A DNA stretch of 63,051 nucleotides, filler included, from Chrysochromulina tobinii (lineage: Eukaryota): assembly GCA_001275005.1 (NCBI GenBank). It is 8 parts of 8 records of this genome, joined end to end, with 100 filler letters (N's around TTAATTAATTAA, not from the genome) between each part and the next. Parts side by side here need not be neighbours in the genome. Positions count along the whole stretch, not along the records: positions 1 to 5,467 come from JWZX01000160.1; positions 5,568 to 22,030 come from JWZX01000161.1; 6 more parts are not named here. One strand, 5' to 3'. A program made the position numbers and the translations under genes. Below the pieces are notes generated by a model, which was not told the DNA's origin, made no database searches, and worked only from the letters and a program-made list of their open reading frames with translations. Shown here one piece after another: positions 1 through 9,446 of the stretch (its first letter is position 1; each line of letters opens with the position of its first letter).

Positions 1-2150
1 GGCGAAGGCGGTGGAGGCGAAGGTGGTGGAGGAGAGGGCGGCGGCGAGGGAGGTGGCGAGGGTGGTGGCGGCGAGGGAGGGGGCGAGGGAGGCGGCGGAG
101 AGGGTGGCGGCGGCGAGGGTGGCGGTGAGGGGGGCGGCGGAGATGGTGGCGGATGAGAAGGTGGTGGAGACGGCGGCGGCAGCGAGGGTGGAGGAGGTGG
201 TGTCGGTGGAGGCGAGGCAAAAGAGAGCGAGGATGCAACGAAGAGCCGCACGGAGCTCACGTACGTGAAGTGAGCGTCGAGGCTGGCGGGCGAGCCGGCC
301 GGCGCGGCGCAGAGCTTATAGATCATCGGGCCGCCGAGGCGCACGGGGAATGAGCCGCCCGAGAGCACGCCGCCGGTCGGAAAGAGCCCGCGGGCCGCGG
401 CGCCCGCGCACGCGGCGTTGCCCGTGGGAAGGAAGGCGCACGTTGCTCCATCACTCAGCGCGCTGCCGAAGAGGGTGATGGCGGCGGCGACGTTGGCAAA
501 GATGGTTGTCGGGACGAGGATGAGGTCGGGAGGCGAGGGCGGCGGGGAGGGCGAGGGCGGTGGCGAGGGCAGCGGCGAGGGCGGGGGCGAGGGCGGCGGA
601 GATGGGGGTGGTGGCAGCGCCGGGGGTGGTGGTGCGTCGCAAGTCGAGACTGGACCATAGACCCCGGTTAGGTTCGTTGCCCAGGTGCAGACATAGCCGT
701 ATTCGACATAGACATTGGGCCCCGACTCCGACCCCGATCGAGGGCCGCAGTCGTTGCAGTCGGTGCCGACGTTGCAGTTGCCGCTCTCGGAGCCGGGGCC
801 ACCGTCGTCGCAAACGCCGCTGGCGTCGTCTGCAAAAGAGCACGTGTTGGAGCATGAGGAAGCTGTATTTCCGGAGATCGAGGACGACGTAATCGTGACT
901 GCAACGCCATCGTAACCATCGACATAGACACCGCCGCCGCCGCCTGAGGTGGCCTGGTTGGAATACACTTGGCAGTTGATGATTGAGACTGTTCCACCCT
1001 GGACAGCAACACCGCCACCACCCGAGCTGGCGGTGTTCCCGTAGATTGAAGAAGACGAGATTGTGACGGTGCCTCTCGATACGAGGACACCACCGCCATC
1101 TCTTCCATACGAATCCGAAGCTGTGTTGGAGTATATCTGCGAGCTGATGATTGAGACTCTTCCAACCTGGGCAGCAACACCGCCGTTACTGATGATATAG
1201 TCTCCGGAATCATGGACATAAACACCGGCACCCGAGCTGGCGGTGTTCCCGTAGATCGAAGAAGACGAGATTGTGACGGTGCCTCCCTGGACATTGACAC
1301 CCCCGCCAAAACAAAGAGAGTATTCAGAACGTGGAGCACATTGGTTGGAATACACTCGGCAGCTGATGATTGAGACCGTGCCTCCGTTGACCACAACACC
1401 ACCGCCTTTATCGGGAGCTTGGTTGGAAAACACTTGGCAGTTGATGAGTGAGACTGTGCCTCCATTGACAGAAACACCGCCAGGTATGTTCCCGTAGATC
1501 TGGGAGCTGGCGATTGAGACGGTTCCGGAATTGACCAAAACACCGCCGGCTCCTGGATCCTGGATGTAGCCTCCCGTGATGTTGAGCCCGATCAGTTGCA
1601 CGACGCCCGACGGACCCGGGTTGATGTTCAGCACACGGCGCTGGCTCGAAGAGCTCGCTTGCGCATCCAGCACAGCCGAGCCTGCCACCGCCGCCTCGAG
1701 GACGATGCTCCTGGTGACGCCGAGCTGGCCGCTGAGCATGTAGTTGCCGGGGGCAAGGACAATGCGGCCGACAGCGGTGTTGGCGAGTGCGCTGGTCAGG
1801 CCGGCGCTGGTGCTCACTGAGGTCGCGCTGGTCAGGCCGGCGCCGTTGCTCACTGAGGTCTGCAGCTCACGGCGGCGGTGGCTGGGCACAAGGGACGCTG
1901 AGGCGACGCTGCCCACGATCGACCCAGAGCCCACGATGGTTGCGGAGTGCGCGAGCTGGCGACCATGCTGCTGGCTGCTCGGGAGGGCTCGTCCAAGCTC
2001 CATCGAAGGCGGTCGCGGCAAAGGGCCGAATCCGCCGTCGTCGGGCGCGGGCGGGAGCGGCGGAGGCGGCATGACGGCCGAAGGCGGCGGCACAGGCGAA
2101 TGTGCCGACGCCGTCACGGCGACCATCCCGTGCAGCAGTCCTCGTGCCAT
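1..2150 (-). CDS. Secreted/surface protein: parallel beta-helix (Pmp-like) repeats, Cys-rich module, extensin-like SP3-4 stalk; 3' end runs off window
   Basis: Translated by hand from ATG at 2150 (MARGLLHGMVAVTASAH...), frame checked open at several points down to base 1. Repeats GGGVxVxGGTVSIxxxxIYGN/VYSN; CSNTCSFADDASGVCDDGGPGSESGNCNVGTDCNDCGPR; (SPPP)n. Absent from the ORF track because there is no stop in the window. Confidence 0.8.
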   Translation of the reverse strand, partial: MARGLLHGMVAVTASAHSPVPPPSAVMPPPPLPPAPDDGGFGPLPRPPSMELGRALPSSQQHGRQLAHSATIVGSGSIVGSVASASLVPSHRRRELQTSVSNGAGLTSATSVSTSAGLTSALANTAVGRIVLAPGNYMLSGQLGVTRSIVLEAAVAGSAVLDAQASSSSQRRVLNINPGPSGVVQLIGLNITGGYIQDPGAGGVLVNSGTVSIASSQIYGNIPGGVSVNGGTVSLINCQVFSNQAPDKGGGVVVNGGTVSIISCRVYSNQCAPRSEYSLCFGGGVNVQGGTVTISSSSIYGNTASSGAGVYVHDSGDYIISNGGVAAQVGRVSIISSQIYSNTASDSYGRDGGGVLVSRGTVTISSSSIYGNTASSGGGGVAVQGGTVSIINCQVYSNQATSGGGGGVYVDGYDGVAVTITSSSISGNTASSCSNTCSFADDASGVCDDGGPGSESGNCNVGTDCNDCGPRSGSESGPNVYVEYGYVCTWATNLTGVYGPVSTCDAPPPPALPPPPSPPPSPPPSPLPSPPPSPSPPPSPPDLILVPTTIFANVAAAITLFGSALSDGATCAFLPTGNAACAGAAARGLFPTGGVLSGGSFPVRLGGPMIYKLCAAPAGSPASLDAHFTYVSSVRLFVASSLSFASPPPTPPPPPSLPPPSPPPSHPPPSPPPPSPPPSPPPPSPPPPSPPPSPPPPSPPPSPPPSPPPPSPPPPS

Positions 2151-2630
2151 CGATCGCAGACCACAAGTGTCTCCCAATCACCCAGTGTGCAGTGGCCCCC
2201 CGCTCCGCAGCAGCTGGTCCTGTCCGGGTGCAGACTGCAGAGAGAGTCGACCTCCGAGCGTGAGATGGGGCAGCACTTGGGGCGGGGCGTGCGCGAGGCG
2301 CGACACCCTCGGCCCTTCCTGGCGGCACACGCCTTTTTCTGAGCTGAACTCATCTCTAACATCCTCGTTGGATTCCCGTGCGCATACGTGTAAAGTACAT
2401 TGTCATATTTGTCTCAACTTGGCGGGTGACCATCGGGCGGCTAGAAAGGCGAGTGGCGGTTCGTTTTTTTGCGAGAACTCGCAGACAAGTTTCGGCGGAG
2501 GCTGACGAGCATCTCGTCTTCCCACAGCCCGCGGAAGCAGAAGTGCGTCCACAGCCATGGTACAAAAACGTAAGTGTCCTGTGGGGTGCTTCACTTCCGT
2601 GTGGTGGTTACTAAAAGTTGGGAAACCTCA

Positions 2631-2686
2631 GGGGGGGGGCGTTGCCCCCCCGGAGGGGGGGCGGCCCCCCCCGGAGGGGGGGGCCA
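2631..2686. repeat. Chain of alternating G-run/C-run hairpins
   Basis: G9-cgttg-C7-gga-G7-cgg-C8-gga-G8 in the intergenic region between two divergent genes. Confidence 0.6.
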
Positions 2687-2843
2687 CTTAGGCCACGTGT
2701 TTAGGGGCCAGCGGCGGAGGTGAAACGACGGGACCAGCGAGGAGACCTTCATGCGCAATCCACTCAACCCTGCCCCGACGTCCCCGACAGCACGGTGTTG
2801 GAGATAATTTTCCGCGCGAGCGCGAGCGCGACACCACAGGGCT

Positions 2844-4319
2844 ATGGCTGGCACCTCGAGCGCCCGACCGAGCGTCACGACCTCGAGTGTCCAGCCGAGC
2901 ATTACCACGGCGTTCGCGCAGCAGCGCTTGCGCGTGGCTGCCGAGGACGCCGCAGTCGCCACGCTGCGCGCTGCCGTCATCGACATGGGACTGCGCCTCA
3001 TCTGCGTCACCGGCGGCGGGCTCTCCGCTGGCGAGGCCGCCGAACTGCTAGCACTCGCGCGCGGCAACATCGAGAGATTCGTCAGCCACTGGGACGCACG
3101 CGAACGCTCCTCCGAGCTCTCGCATTCGGCCACACGGCTGCTCGTCCTGCGGAGCAACGAGGTCGCTACCGCCGCCGCCAGCACTTCCAATGCCGCCGTG
3201 TCTTCCGCCACTACCGACGGCGACCGACGCATGTCGAGGCGGCTGTCGGCGCTCGACGCGTCGCCTTCCAAGAGTGCCGAGGCGTGCGGCCAGGGCACGC
3301 TCGCTGGCTTCGCCTCCTTCCGATTTGTCGTGCAGGAGACCCTCCCGGTGCTCTACTTGCTCGAGTTGCAGCTCGACGAGCGGTGGCGCCGGCGTGGGCT
3401 GGGCTCGCTGCTGCTGGAAGCGGTCGAAGGCATCGGGCGCGCGGCGCGCCGCCCGTGCCACGGGCTGCTGCTCACCGTGCACCTGAGCAACGCCGCTGCC
3501 CGCCGCTTCTATCGCGCCAAGGGCCTCGAGGAGTCCCCTGTAAGCCCCTCGCTTTGCGCGCCCGCACCGCTCGCGGCGCTCTGCGAGCACGAGGTTCTCC
3601 AACGGCTGTGGAATGAGGATGCGAGGGCGACGATGAAGGCGCGCGGCGCGCTCGCTCAGCGGAAATTGCTCGGAAGTTGCGCGGAAGTTGCACAGCGGAA
3701 GTTGCCCGGAAGTTGCTCGGAAGTTGCGCAACGGAAATTGCTCGACCTTGAGGCCTCGCGCGTCGCCAAGGCCACCGACGGCGCGATGACGGCGGCTGGC
3801 AGCACCGACGGCGGCGGCAGCGGCGTTGGCGCTGGCGTCAGCGGCAGCGGCGTCGGCGCTCGCTCACGCGACCCGCTGCCATCAGAGGCAATCAGAGGCC
3901 ATCAGAGGCCATCAGAGGCTCGCTCACGCGACCCGCTGCCATCAGAGGCAAGCATAGGCAATCAGAGGCCATCAGAGGCTCGCTCACGCGACCCGCGCCG
4001 CCTCCACGGCCTTGGCCGCCTCCTCCTCAGTCATGGCGCAGGGCGGGGCACAGGGCAGGGCGGTGACGGTGGCGTCGTCGGCGGCGGCAGCGGCGGCAGC
4101 GGCGGCAGCGGCGGCAGCGGCGGCAGCGGCGGCAGCGGCGGCAGCGGCGGCAGCGGCGGTGCTGCCGGTGACTGTGTCAGCGGTGTGGCGGTGCCACTGC
4201 TCCTCACTGCCAACCGCAGCCTGCTGCCGCTCAAGAAAGAGCACGCAGTGGGGCCGACTTTGGAGCTGTGGCGGCGGAAGCGCAAGAGCGAAGAGTCTTC
4301 GCACTTCGCGTTGAACTAA
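2844..4319 (+). CDS. GNAT acetyltransferase, NAA40/Nat4-like, with low-complexity C-terminus
   Basis: LYLLELQLDERWRRRGLGSLLL (acetyl-CoA motif A) and LLLTVHLSNAAARRFY...SP, as in the NAA40 family. Confidence 0.7.
   Translation: MAGTSSARPSVTTSSVQPSITTAFAQQRLRVAAEDAAVATLRAAVIDMGLRLICVTGGGLSAGEAAELLALARGNIERFVSHWDARERSSELSHSATRLLVLRSNEVATAAASTSNAAVSSATTDGDRRMSRRLSALDASPSKSAEACGQGTLAGFASFRFVVQETLPVLYLLELQLDERWRRRGLGSLLLEAVEGIGRAARRPCHGLLLTVHLSNAAARRFYRAKGLEESPVSPSLCAPAPLAALCEHEVLQRLWNEDARATMKARGALAQRKLLGSCAEVAQRKLPGSCSEVAQRKLLDLEASRVAKATDGAMTAAGSTDGGGSGVGAGVSGSGVGARSRDPLPSEAIRGHQRPSEARSRDPLPSEASIGNQRPSEARSRDPRRLHGLGRLLLSHGAGRGTGQGGDGGVVGGGSGGSGGSGGSGGSGGSGGSGGSGGAAGDCVSGVAVPLLLTANRSLLPLKKEHAVGPTLELWRRKRKSEESSHFALN
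3858..3996 (-). repeat. Two 60-bp units of intron-type filler, antisense and in frame within the GNAT CDS
   Basis: gctcgctcacgcgacccgc at 3858, 3918 and 3978, separated by (ATCAGAGGCC)-type decamers; reads ...gcctctgatggcag on the minus strand. Confidence 0.85.
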
Positions 4320-4499
4320 AGCCGTCGGAACCCACCATGGGACCCTAGTCGTCGATATGTGCGGTGACGTGCTGGTTATTGCACTTTTACTTCTCAGAAC
4401 TCGTCCGGGAAGTAGTCTAGCGTCGTATCCTGCGTCGTATTTCGCGGATATGATTAACGTTTACATACTTACGAGTACGTGACTACCTGTCGTGTCGCA

Positions 4500-5467
4500 C
4501 TACCACAGCTCAGCGTCGGGCTCCACCTCCTCTTGGGCTTTGGGTTTGGGCTGCGACGCGCGCGCCACCGCGGCCGCCTGTACGCGTGCGCCAACAGTGA
4601 TGGATACGAGGCGCGCGGCAAGGAGCTTCCGCCGGCGGCGGCGCACGCCCCACGCTACCTGGAGAGTGCGCACGGCATGCTGCTCGCGCACCTCGCGCTG
4701 CGAAGCCGAGGTCTCCCAACGCTCCAAGGAGGCGTCCAGGTCCCGGAACAGTGGGATCTGGGTCCACGAGAAGAGCCGTTGGTTCTGGTTCTCCTTGACC
4801 ATGGCTTCCGAGATGAGTCCGAGGAGCTTGCGCTCGAGGAAGCCCTTGAGCAGCCACTGGAGTCCGGTCACGGTGCCGAGGAAGATGCCCCACCGCTTCG
4901 TGAACGACTGCTCAGAGATCGATTCGATCCGGATGGTTCGTCAAAGGCACTCAGAGGCACTCAGAGGCACTCAGAGGCACTCAGAGGCATTCAGAGGCAC
5001 TCAGAGGTACTCAGAGGTACTCAGAGGCATTCAGCGGTCATCACACACCTGCTCGGAGATCGATTCGATTCGGATGGCCGAGCACGCGAGGCCGAGCATC
5101 TCCATCGAGAGGTACGCGCCGTCCCGCTCGGCGGTGACGCGCAGCTTCGCGTGCACCTCGCCGTCGTCGAACACGACGGCCACGTCGGAGAAGCGGCCCA
5201 GCTTGAGCAGCAGCGAGTCTGAGACGAGGCGCCCAGACTGCACGCTCGCCCGCACGAGCACAAGTGGAAGCGTGATGGTGAACGCGAGCGCGCCCACCGC
5301 ACCGCGCGCGCGCTGCGCCTCTGTGGGCTCTTCCCAGTCCACGGCGATGGTCTTGATGCCCGACCGATCCGATCGGCCAGCGACGGATGCCCACGGCGGC
5401 GCTGCCGGTAGCTCAAACGGAGGCAGCGGCGGCGGGGGCGGCGCGGCGCCAGTGGGCGAGCCCCCGC
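4500..5467 (-). CDS. Hypothetical protein, 5'-truncated, 2 exons (5467-5049, 4907-4500), possible IQ-like motif
   Basis: GT-AG intron 5048-4908 joins ...IESISEQ to SFTKRWGIF... in frame; stop at 4500. Confidence 0.65.
4908..5048 (-). other. Repeat-filled intron with exon duplication
   Basis: GT...(GAGTGCCTCT)n...; the last 29 nt copy the upstream exon end (2 mismatches) and supply the CAG acceptor. Confidence 0.85.
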
Positions 5468-5567
5468 NNNNNNNNNNNNNNNNNNNNNNNNNNNNNNNNN
5501 NNNNNNNNNNNTTAATTAATTAANNNNNNNNNNNNNNNNNNNNNNNNNNNNNNNNNNNNNNNNNNNN
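5468..5567. other. Artificial contig spacer
   Basis: N-run, TTAATTAATTAA (stops in all six frames), N-run. Confidence 0.99.
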
Positions 5568-5774
5568 ATCCGACGGCGTGCTGCAGTCGGAAGCGGAATC
5601 ACAACCGGCCTCTCAGGGGGAGGTGCGCGCACGGCGCGACAAGCGGAGCAGGGAGCCGGACGCGCCCAGTCGCATGGCGACTGGGCCCCAGCGACAGCCG
5701 TACGGCGAGGGACCGGGGCGGAAGCGCAGCAGCCCACCCTCAATACATTCGCGCGGGCAAGGTCCGTGAACGTG

Positions 5775-5984
5775 AGCTGGCCCTCCTTGGCCTCCTCCCT
5801 CACCACCTTGACACTCCCGCCCCTCTCCTCCTTCTGGTCGACCCTGTGTCTGTGTTCGTGCGCGGCACGCGAGTGTGTGTCCATGTGTGTGTGTGCCGCG
5901 CTTTGCGCCCCCCACGATGGGTCTCCACGGGACCTGTGGCTGTGCGTCTCGCCGTGATGGCCAATTAACGTGAACGTGAACGTG
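5775..5984 (+). mobile_element. Short dispersed repeat (SINE or 5'-truncated non-LTR retroelement end), copy A
   Basis: 5906-5959 aligns with 13440-13491; followed by (AACGTG)3; flanked by direct repeat cgtgaacgtg (5765-5774 and 5975-5984). Confidence 0.5.
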
Positions 5985-6014
5985 GTTTCATAATTTGATG
6001 TTTGGAGAGACACG

Positions 6015-7298
6015 ATGACGTCATGGATGACGTTTCACACGAGCCGCCTCGCCGTCTGCTCCCACCGCGCGGCCTGCAGAGGCCGTTGGCGAAGACGCCG
6101 CGCCGCGTACCGTCCTCTTGCCCCGCCAGTCTTTGACGACGGCACGCTCGTTTGCTTCCTTGCAAGCCACACCACATCCGCCGCGCGTGCTGAGCAACTC
6201 GGCTGGCTCCTCGACTCGGTTGCGGCACAGCAGCCGCAACCACCGCCCATGTACGTGAGCTGGTCGGCGGCAGCGGAGGTGGAGCACGTTGTGCGCGAGA
6301 CACTCGAGCGCGTGCGGTGGCCCGCTTTGCAACACGTCCACCAGCCGAAGAAACTGACGCAGTTCGAGCACCTTCGCGAGCTCGTACGGAGAGTGCAGGC
6401 GGCGCAGGAACATGCGCCCGAGTGGGTGTACTTCACCGACGACGACGACCTCTGGTCGGAGCAGCGGCATGCTCTCTTTGCGCGCTTCTGCCGCGATGCG
6501 GACGCGCGCGCCACGACCGTCGTGTGCACGCGCAAGGCACGGCCGGCGGGCAAGCGGGGGTCGTCGTCGTCGTGCATCCGGCACACGGCGGACGTACGAG
6601 CCGCGCTCGCGTCGGGCGAGGCACGCCTCACCGACCTGCACGCACTCGACCTGAATGTCGAATCATTCAACATGGATGAGTACTTTGACTACGCCGTCCG
6701 CTTCCGAGCGTTTGAGAGCTTCTTCATGCGTGCTCCGACTGTGGTCGTGCGTCACAAGCTATGTGATCTCGCGTTCACCTCGGAGCTGCGGCGTGCCCAG
6801 CCGGTGCGCCGCGCGCCCGAGCTGGCCGATGAGTTCGTCTATTGGTACTCGCGACCCGAGGGCACGCCCTTTGCGATCGAGGGCACCGACGGCGGGGCGG
6901 CGGGCGCGAGCTCGAGTGTCGAGATTGACGAATTCGAGCGACAACTCGCGCGCGAGCACTGGCCCGAGATGGCGCGCGCTATGACGGGCACATTGGCTCC
7001 CGAGCAGTTCGACGAGCCAAGCCTCGCCTTCTTCTTCGGCGCGCTGCGCCAAGGCATTGAGCAGGAGCTCATCCAGTTGCGCGTCATTTCGGGCAGCCCC
7101 ACGCGCGGAGCGTTCGAGGGTGCGTGCGTTCGCCAACTCGACCTTCTGCTTGCGGACAACCCGCTACGCGGTACGGGCGAGGGCTTCGAGCGTATGCGTG
7201 CGGTGCTGCTCGCGGTGCTGCGTGGTCCCATTCTTCAACGACTCATGCGACTGCTCAGCTTTGACTTACCCCGACGTAATGTGAGGGTTAAGCCGTAA
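6015..7298 (+). CDS. Putative GT-A fold glycosyltransferase (GT2-like)
   Basis: LLDSVAAQ...QFEHL...WVYFTDDDDLW (DxD-type motif after a hydrophobic strand); start codon uncertain. Confidence 0.55.
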   Translation: MTSWMTFHTSRLAVCSHRAACRGRWRRRRAAYRPLAPPVFDDGTLVCFLASHTTSAARAEQLGWLLDSVAAQQPQPPPMYVSWSAAAEVEHVVRETLERVRWPALQHVHQPKKLTQFEHLRELVRRVQAAQEHAPEWVYFTDDDDLWSEQRHALFARFCRDADARATTVVCTRKARPAGKRGSSSSCIRHTADVRAALASGEARLTDLHALDLNVESFNMDEYFDYAVRFRAFESFFMRAPTVVVRHKLCDLAFTSELRRAQPVRRAPELADEFVYWYSRPEGTPFAIEGTDGGAAGASSSVEIDEFERQLAREHWPEMARAMTGTLAPEQFDEPSLAFFFGALRQGIEQELIQLRVISGSPTRGAFEGACVRQLDLLLADNPLRGTGEGFERMRAVLLAVLRGPILQRLMRLLSFDLPRRNVRVKP

Positions 7299-7648
7299 TG
7301 TGCAGGGTTCAAACCCCCTGAGGCGACCGAGGCGGGCGGACACCGAAAGCGGAGACCACCCCGGCCCACGCCACGGCGTTTGAGGGCATTCCGTACGGTA
7401 TGAGATAGACGCGACGTCTTGGCGTGCGTACACGCGGTCCGCGACACGACACGTCGGTTCCGACCGGCGGTTCCGGTTCCGAACTTCAAGTACGCTCTCG
7501 GACAGATGATGGTTACTTTTTTCGGTTTCGTCGAATTCGGCCCAACTTCGGTGCGCGTTTGACACAGCCCTTCATTTCTCAGAGCTACAACTAGCTGCCG
7601 CTACTTGTTGCACGGAACTCTCAACTCACGCGTCCCAAGACCCAACGA

Positions 7649-9223
7649 TCAGCTTGTCGGGCGTAGGAACGTGCGGCAGACCTCGTTCAGGTCACACATG
7701 ACATGACTGATGCGCGCCGTCTCCTCGACGCCCTCGCCACCTCGACGCTCGCCTTTCGGCCTTGGGCGGCCGAGGACCCATTTTTGGAGCACGAGCTTGG
7801 GGATGGTGCCTGCACTTGGCGGAAGCCCTTCGTGAGCCGCGAGTGGGTCGCACCAGCCGTGCTCGTCGAGAGTCTCGAAGACGAGGAGACGACCAGCCCG
7901 GGGGTAGGCCTCGAGCCCCACCAATGGAAAGCTGGTCGCACCGCCCGCGGCTGGCGACGAGAGATACAGCAGCGCGCTCACCGCCCGATCTGCTGCCTCG
8001 CTCTGCCTCCGCATCTCCGACCGCCCTCCGCCAAAATCCTCGCAGTCCGTGTGCAGCTGATAGGCGGAAGGGCTGCCCACGACGGCGCCGTTGCCCACGG
8101 ATGGGGGCAGCGCGGCCGACGCCGACGCCGCTGAGTCTGGCGCTGGGTAGTATAGACCTTGCGATTCCGTCGTCCACCGGTATGCCTCGTCTACACTGTC
8201 ACTCGTTGGTGTGCTGCCGCCTCCTCCGTGCGATGCCTCCTCGGTCGTCCGCGCCTCGCCCACGCCGCGCGCCGTATCGAGCACCACCTGCCTATTTTGG
8301 AGCGCCGCGTTGAGCGTCCCGCCCACGCCGAGTGCCGAAGCGATCGCACCATCGAGATGATCGATGGCCGAGGAGACCCCTCGGTTGAGGTACGAGATGG
8401 ACCAGGAGGCGCTACCCACGCGCGCCGTGAGCGCCGGCGTGAGCGACGCGCACGGCGCGCCCGCTGGGCCGGCCGCCCACTGGGCCCGCCGCCCAGTGCT
8501 ACCGGTCTCTGAATTAGCGAGCGCTTGCAATTCCGCAAGGAGCTCGCGGGCGTTCGGGTTGACGCAGACTTTACGCGGCGAGCGCAGCGCGCGACGTACG
8601 CGCCCCTCGAGCTCTTGCGCCGCGGCCTCGATCAGAGCCGGCTCTGCAAAGTTGTCCACTGTCACCACCAGCGGCCGCCGGCTGAGCACGCGCACCGACG
8701 CGTTCAATGCGCTCGTCACACCGTCCGAAGCGAGCTGTGCTGCCGCCTGGCCGACCCAACCGCCCAGCCGCGCGCGCTCAAGCATGCCAGTACTGAGAGG
8801 TGTCGCCTCGCGCCCTCTCGGCTTCTTGAACAGCGCACGCTGCGCCAGCCCGTCACCGTACGCCCTCGCAAGGCGAGACGCCTGCCCGTGCGAGGCATCG
8901 AACCGTTGAAGCTGGGCTTCGACTGACCGCCGCTCACTGGCCGGGAGCGTCGGCAGCGCAGCGACGGCGAGGGCCTTGAGAATGGCGATTTCAGCTTGCT
9001 GCAACCCCATTCTTGCCTCCAGGGATATGAGCTGCTGATACGCAGCGGACGCATCGCCGGCCAAGAGGGTCGCCAGCGCCGTGTGGAGGCTCGGTCCATG
9101 TGCCACTCGAAGCAAGAACCATGCGAGTGATGCGATGAAGGCAACGATCACGGCGGCTGCCAGCACGTACGTATGTGCGCTCGTGGCGGTGGTTGCGGTG
9201 CCTCGTTGTCGGCGTTTGCTCAT
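7649..9223 (-). CDS. Prolyl 4-hydroxylase-like 2OG-Fe(II) oxygenase, type II membrane anchor
   Basis: N-terminal TM helix; RPLVVTVDNF; HTD; ALLYL...GGATSFP...P.AG.LLVF; HEGLP; K.VLQKW (HxD...H...K of P4H). Confidence 0.8.
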   Translation of the reverse strand: MSKRRQRGTATTATSAHTYVLAAAVIVAFIASLAWFLLRVAHGPSLHTALATLLAGDASAAYQQLISLEARMGLQQAEIAILKALAVAALPTLPASERRSVEAQLQRFDASHGQASRLARAYGDGLAQRALFKKPRGREATPLSTGMLERARLGGWVGQAAAQLASDGVTSALNASVRVLSRRPLVVTVDNFAEPALIEAAAQELEGRVRRALRSPRKVCVNPNARELLAELQALANSETGSTGRRAQWAAGPAGAPCASLTPALTARVGSASWSISYLNRGVSSAIDHLDGAIASALGVGGTLNAALQNRQVVLDTARGVGEARTTEEASHGGGGSTPTSDSVDEAYRWTTESQGLYYPAPDSAASASAALPPSVGNGAVVGSPSAYQLHTDCEDFGGGRSEMRRQSEAADRAVSALLYLSSPAAGGATSFPLVGLEAYPRAGRLLVFETLDEHGWCDPLAAHEGLPPSAGTIPKLVLQKWVLGRPRPKGERRGGEGVEETARISHVMCDLNEVCRTFLRPTS

Positions 9224-9446
9224 CCTCACGCAGCGTGGCGTCTGTCTAGGAGATTCATGAACAATCTTGCTCCGCGGGCGGGCCGGCTCCCCCCGGTTCC
9301 TTTCGCGGCTTGTGGGGGGTTTTCGCGAAGTTGATTAATTTCTCGGCGTGAGCGAACTCGCACCACAGGGGCTGTCTCGCCTCCGACGCCGCCGCACAGC
9401 AGCAGCAGCCGCCGCCGCACGAACAGGCCTGACTTCCGCGAGAGAA

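Noticed and set aside
668..1543. 291-aa minus-strand ORF and many other GTG/TTG-start overlapping ORFs
   Set aside because: Shadow frames of real genes in high-GC DNA; the ORF track uses bacterial start codons.
7300..7325. tRNA T-arm-like GGGTTCAAACCCC
   Set aside because: No D-arm, anticodon arm or acceptor stem can be built, and it abuts a CDS stop.
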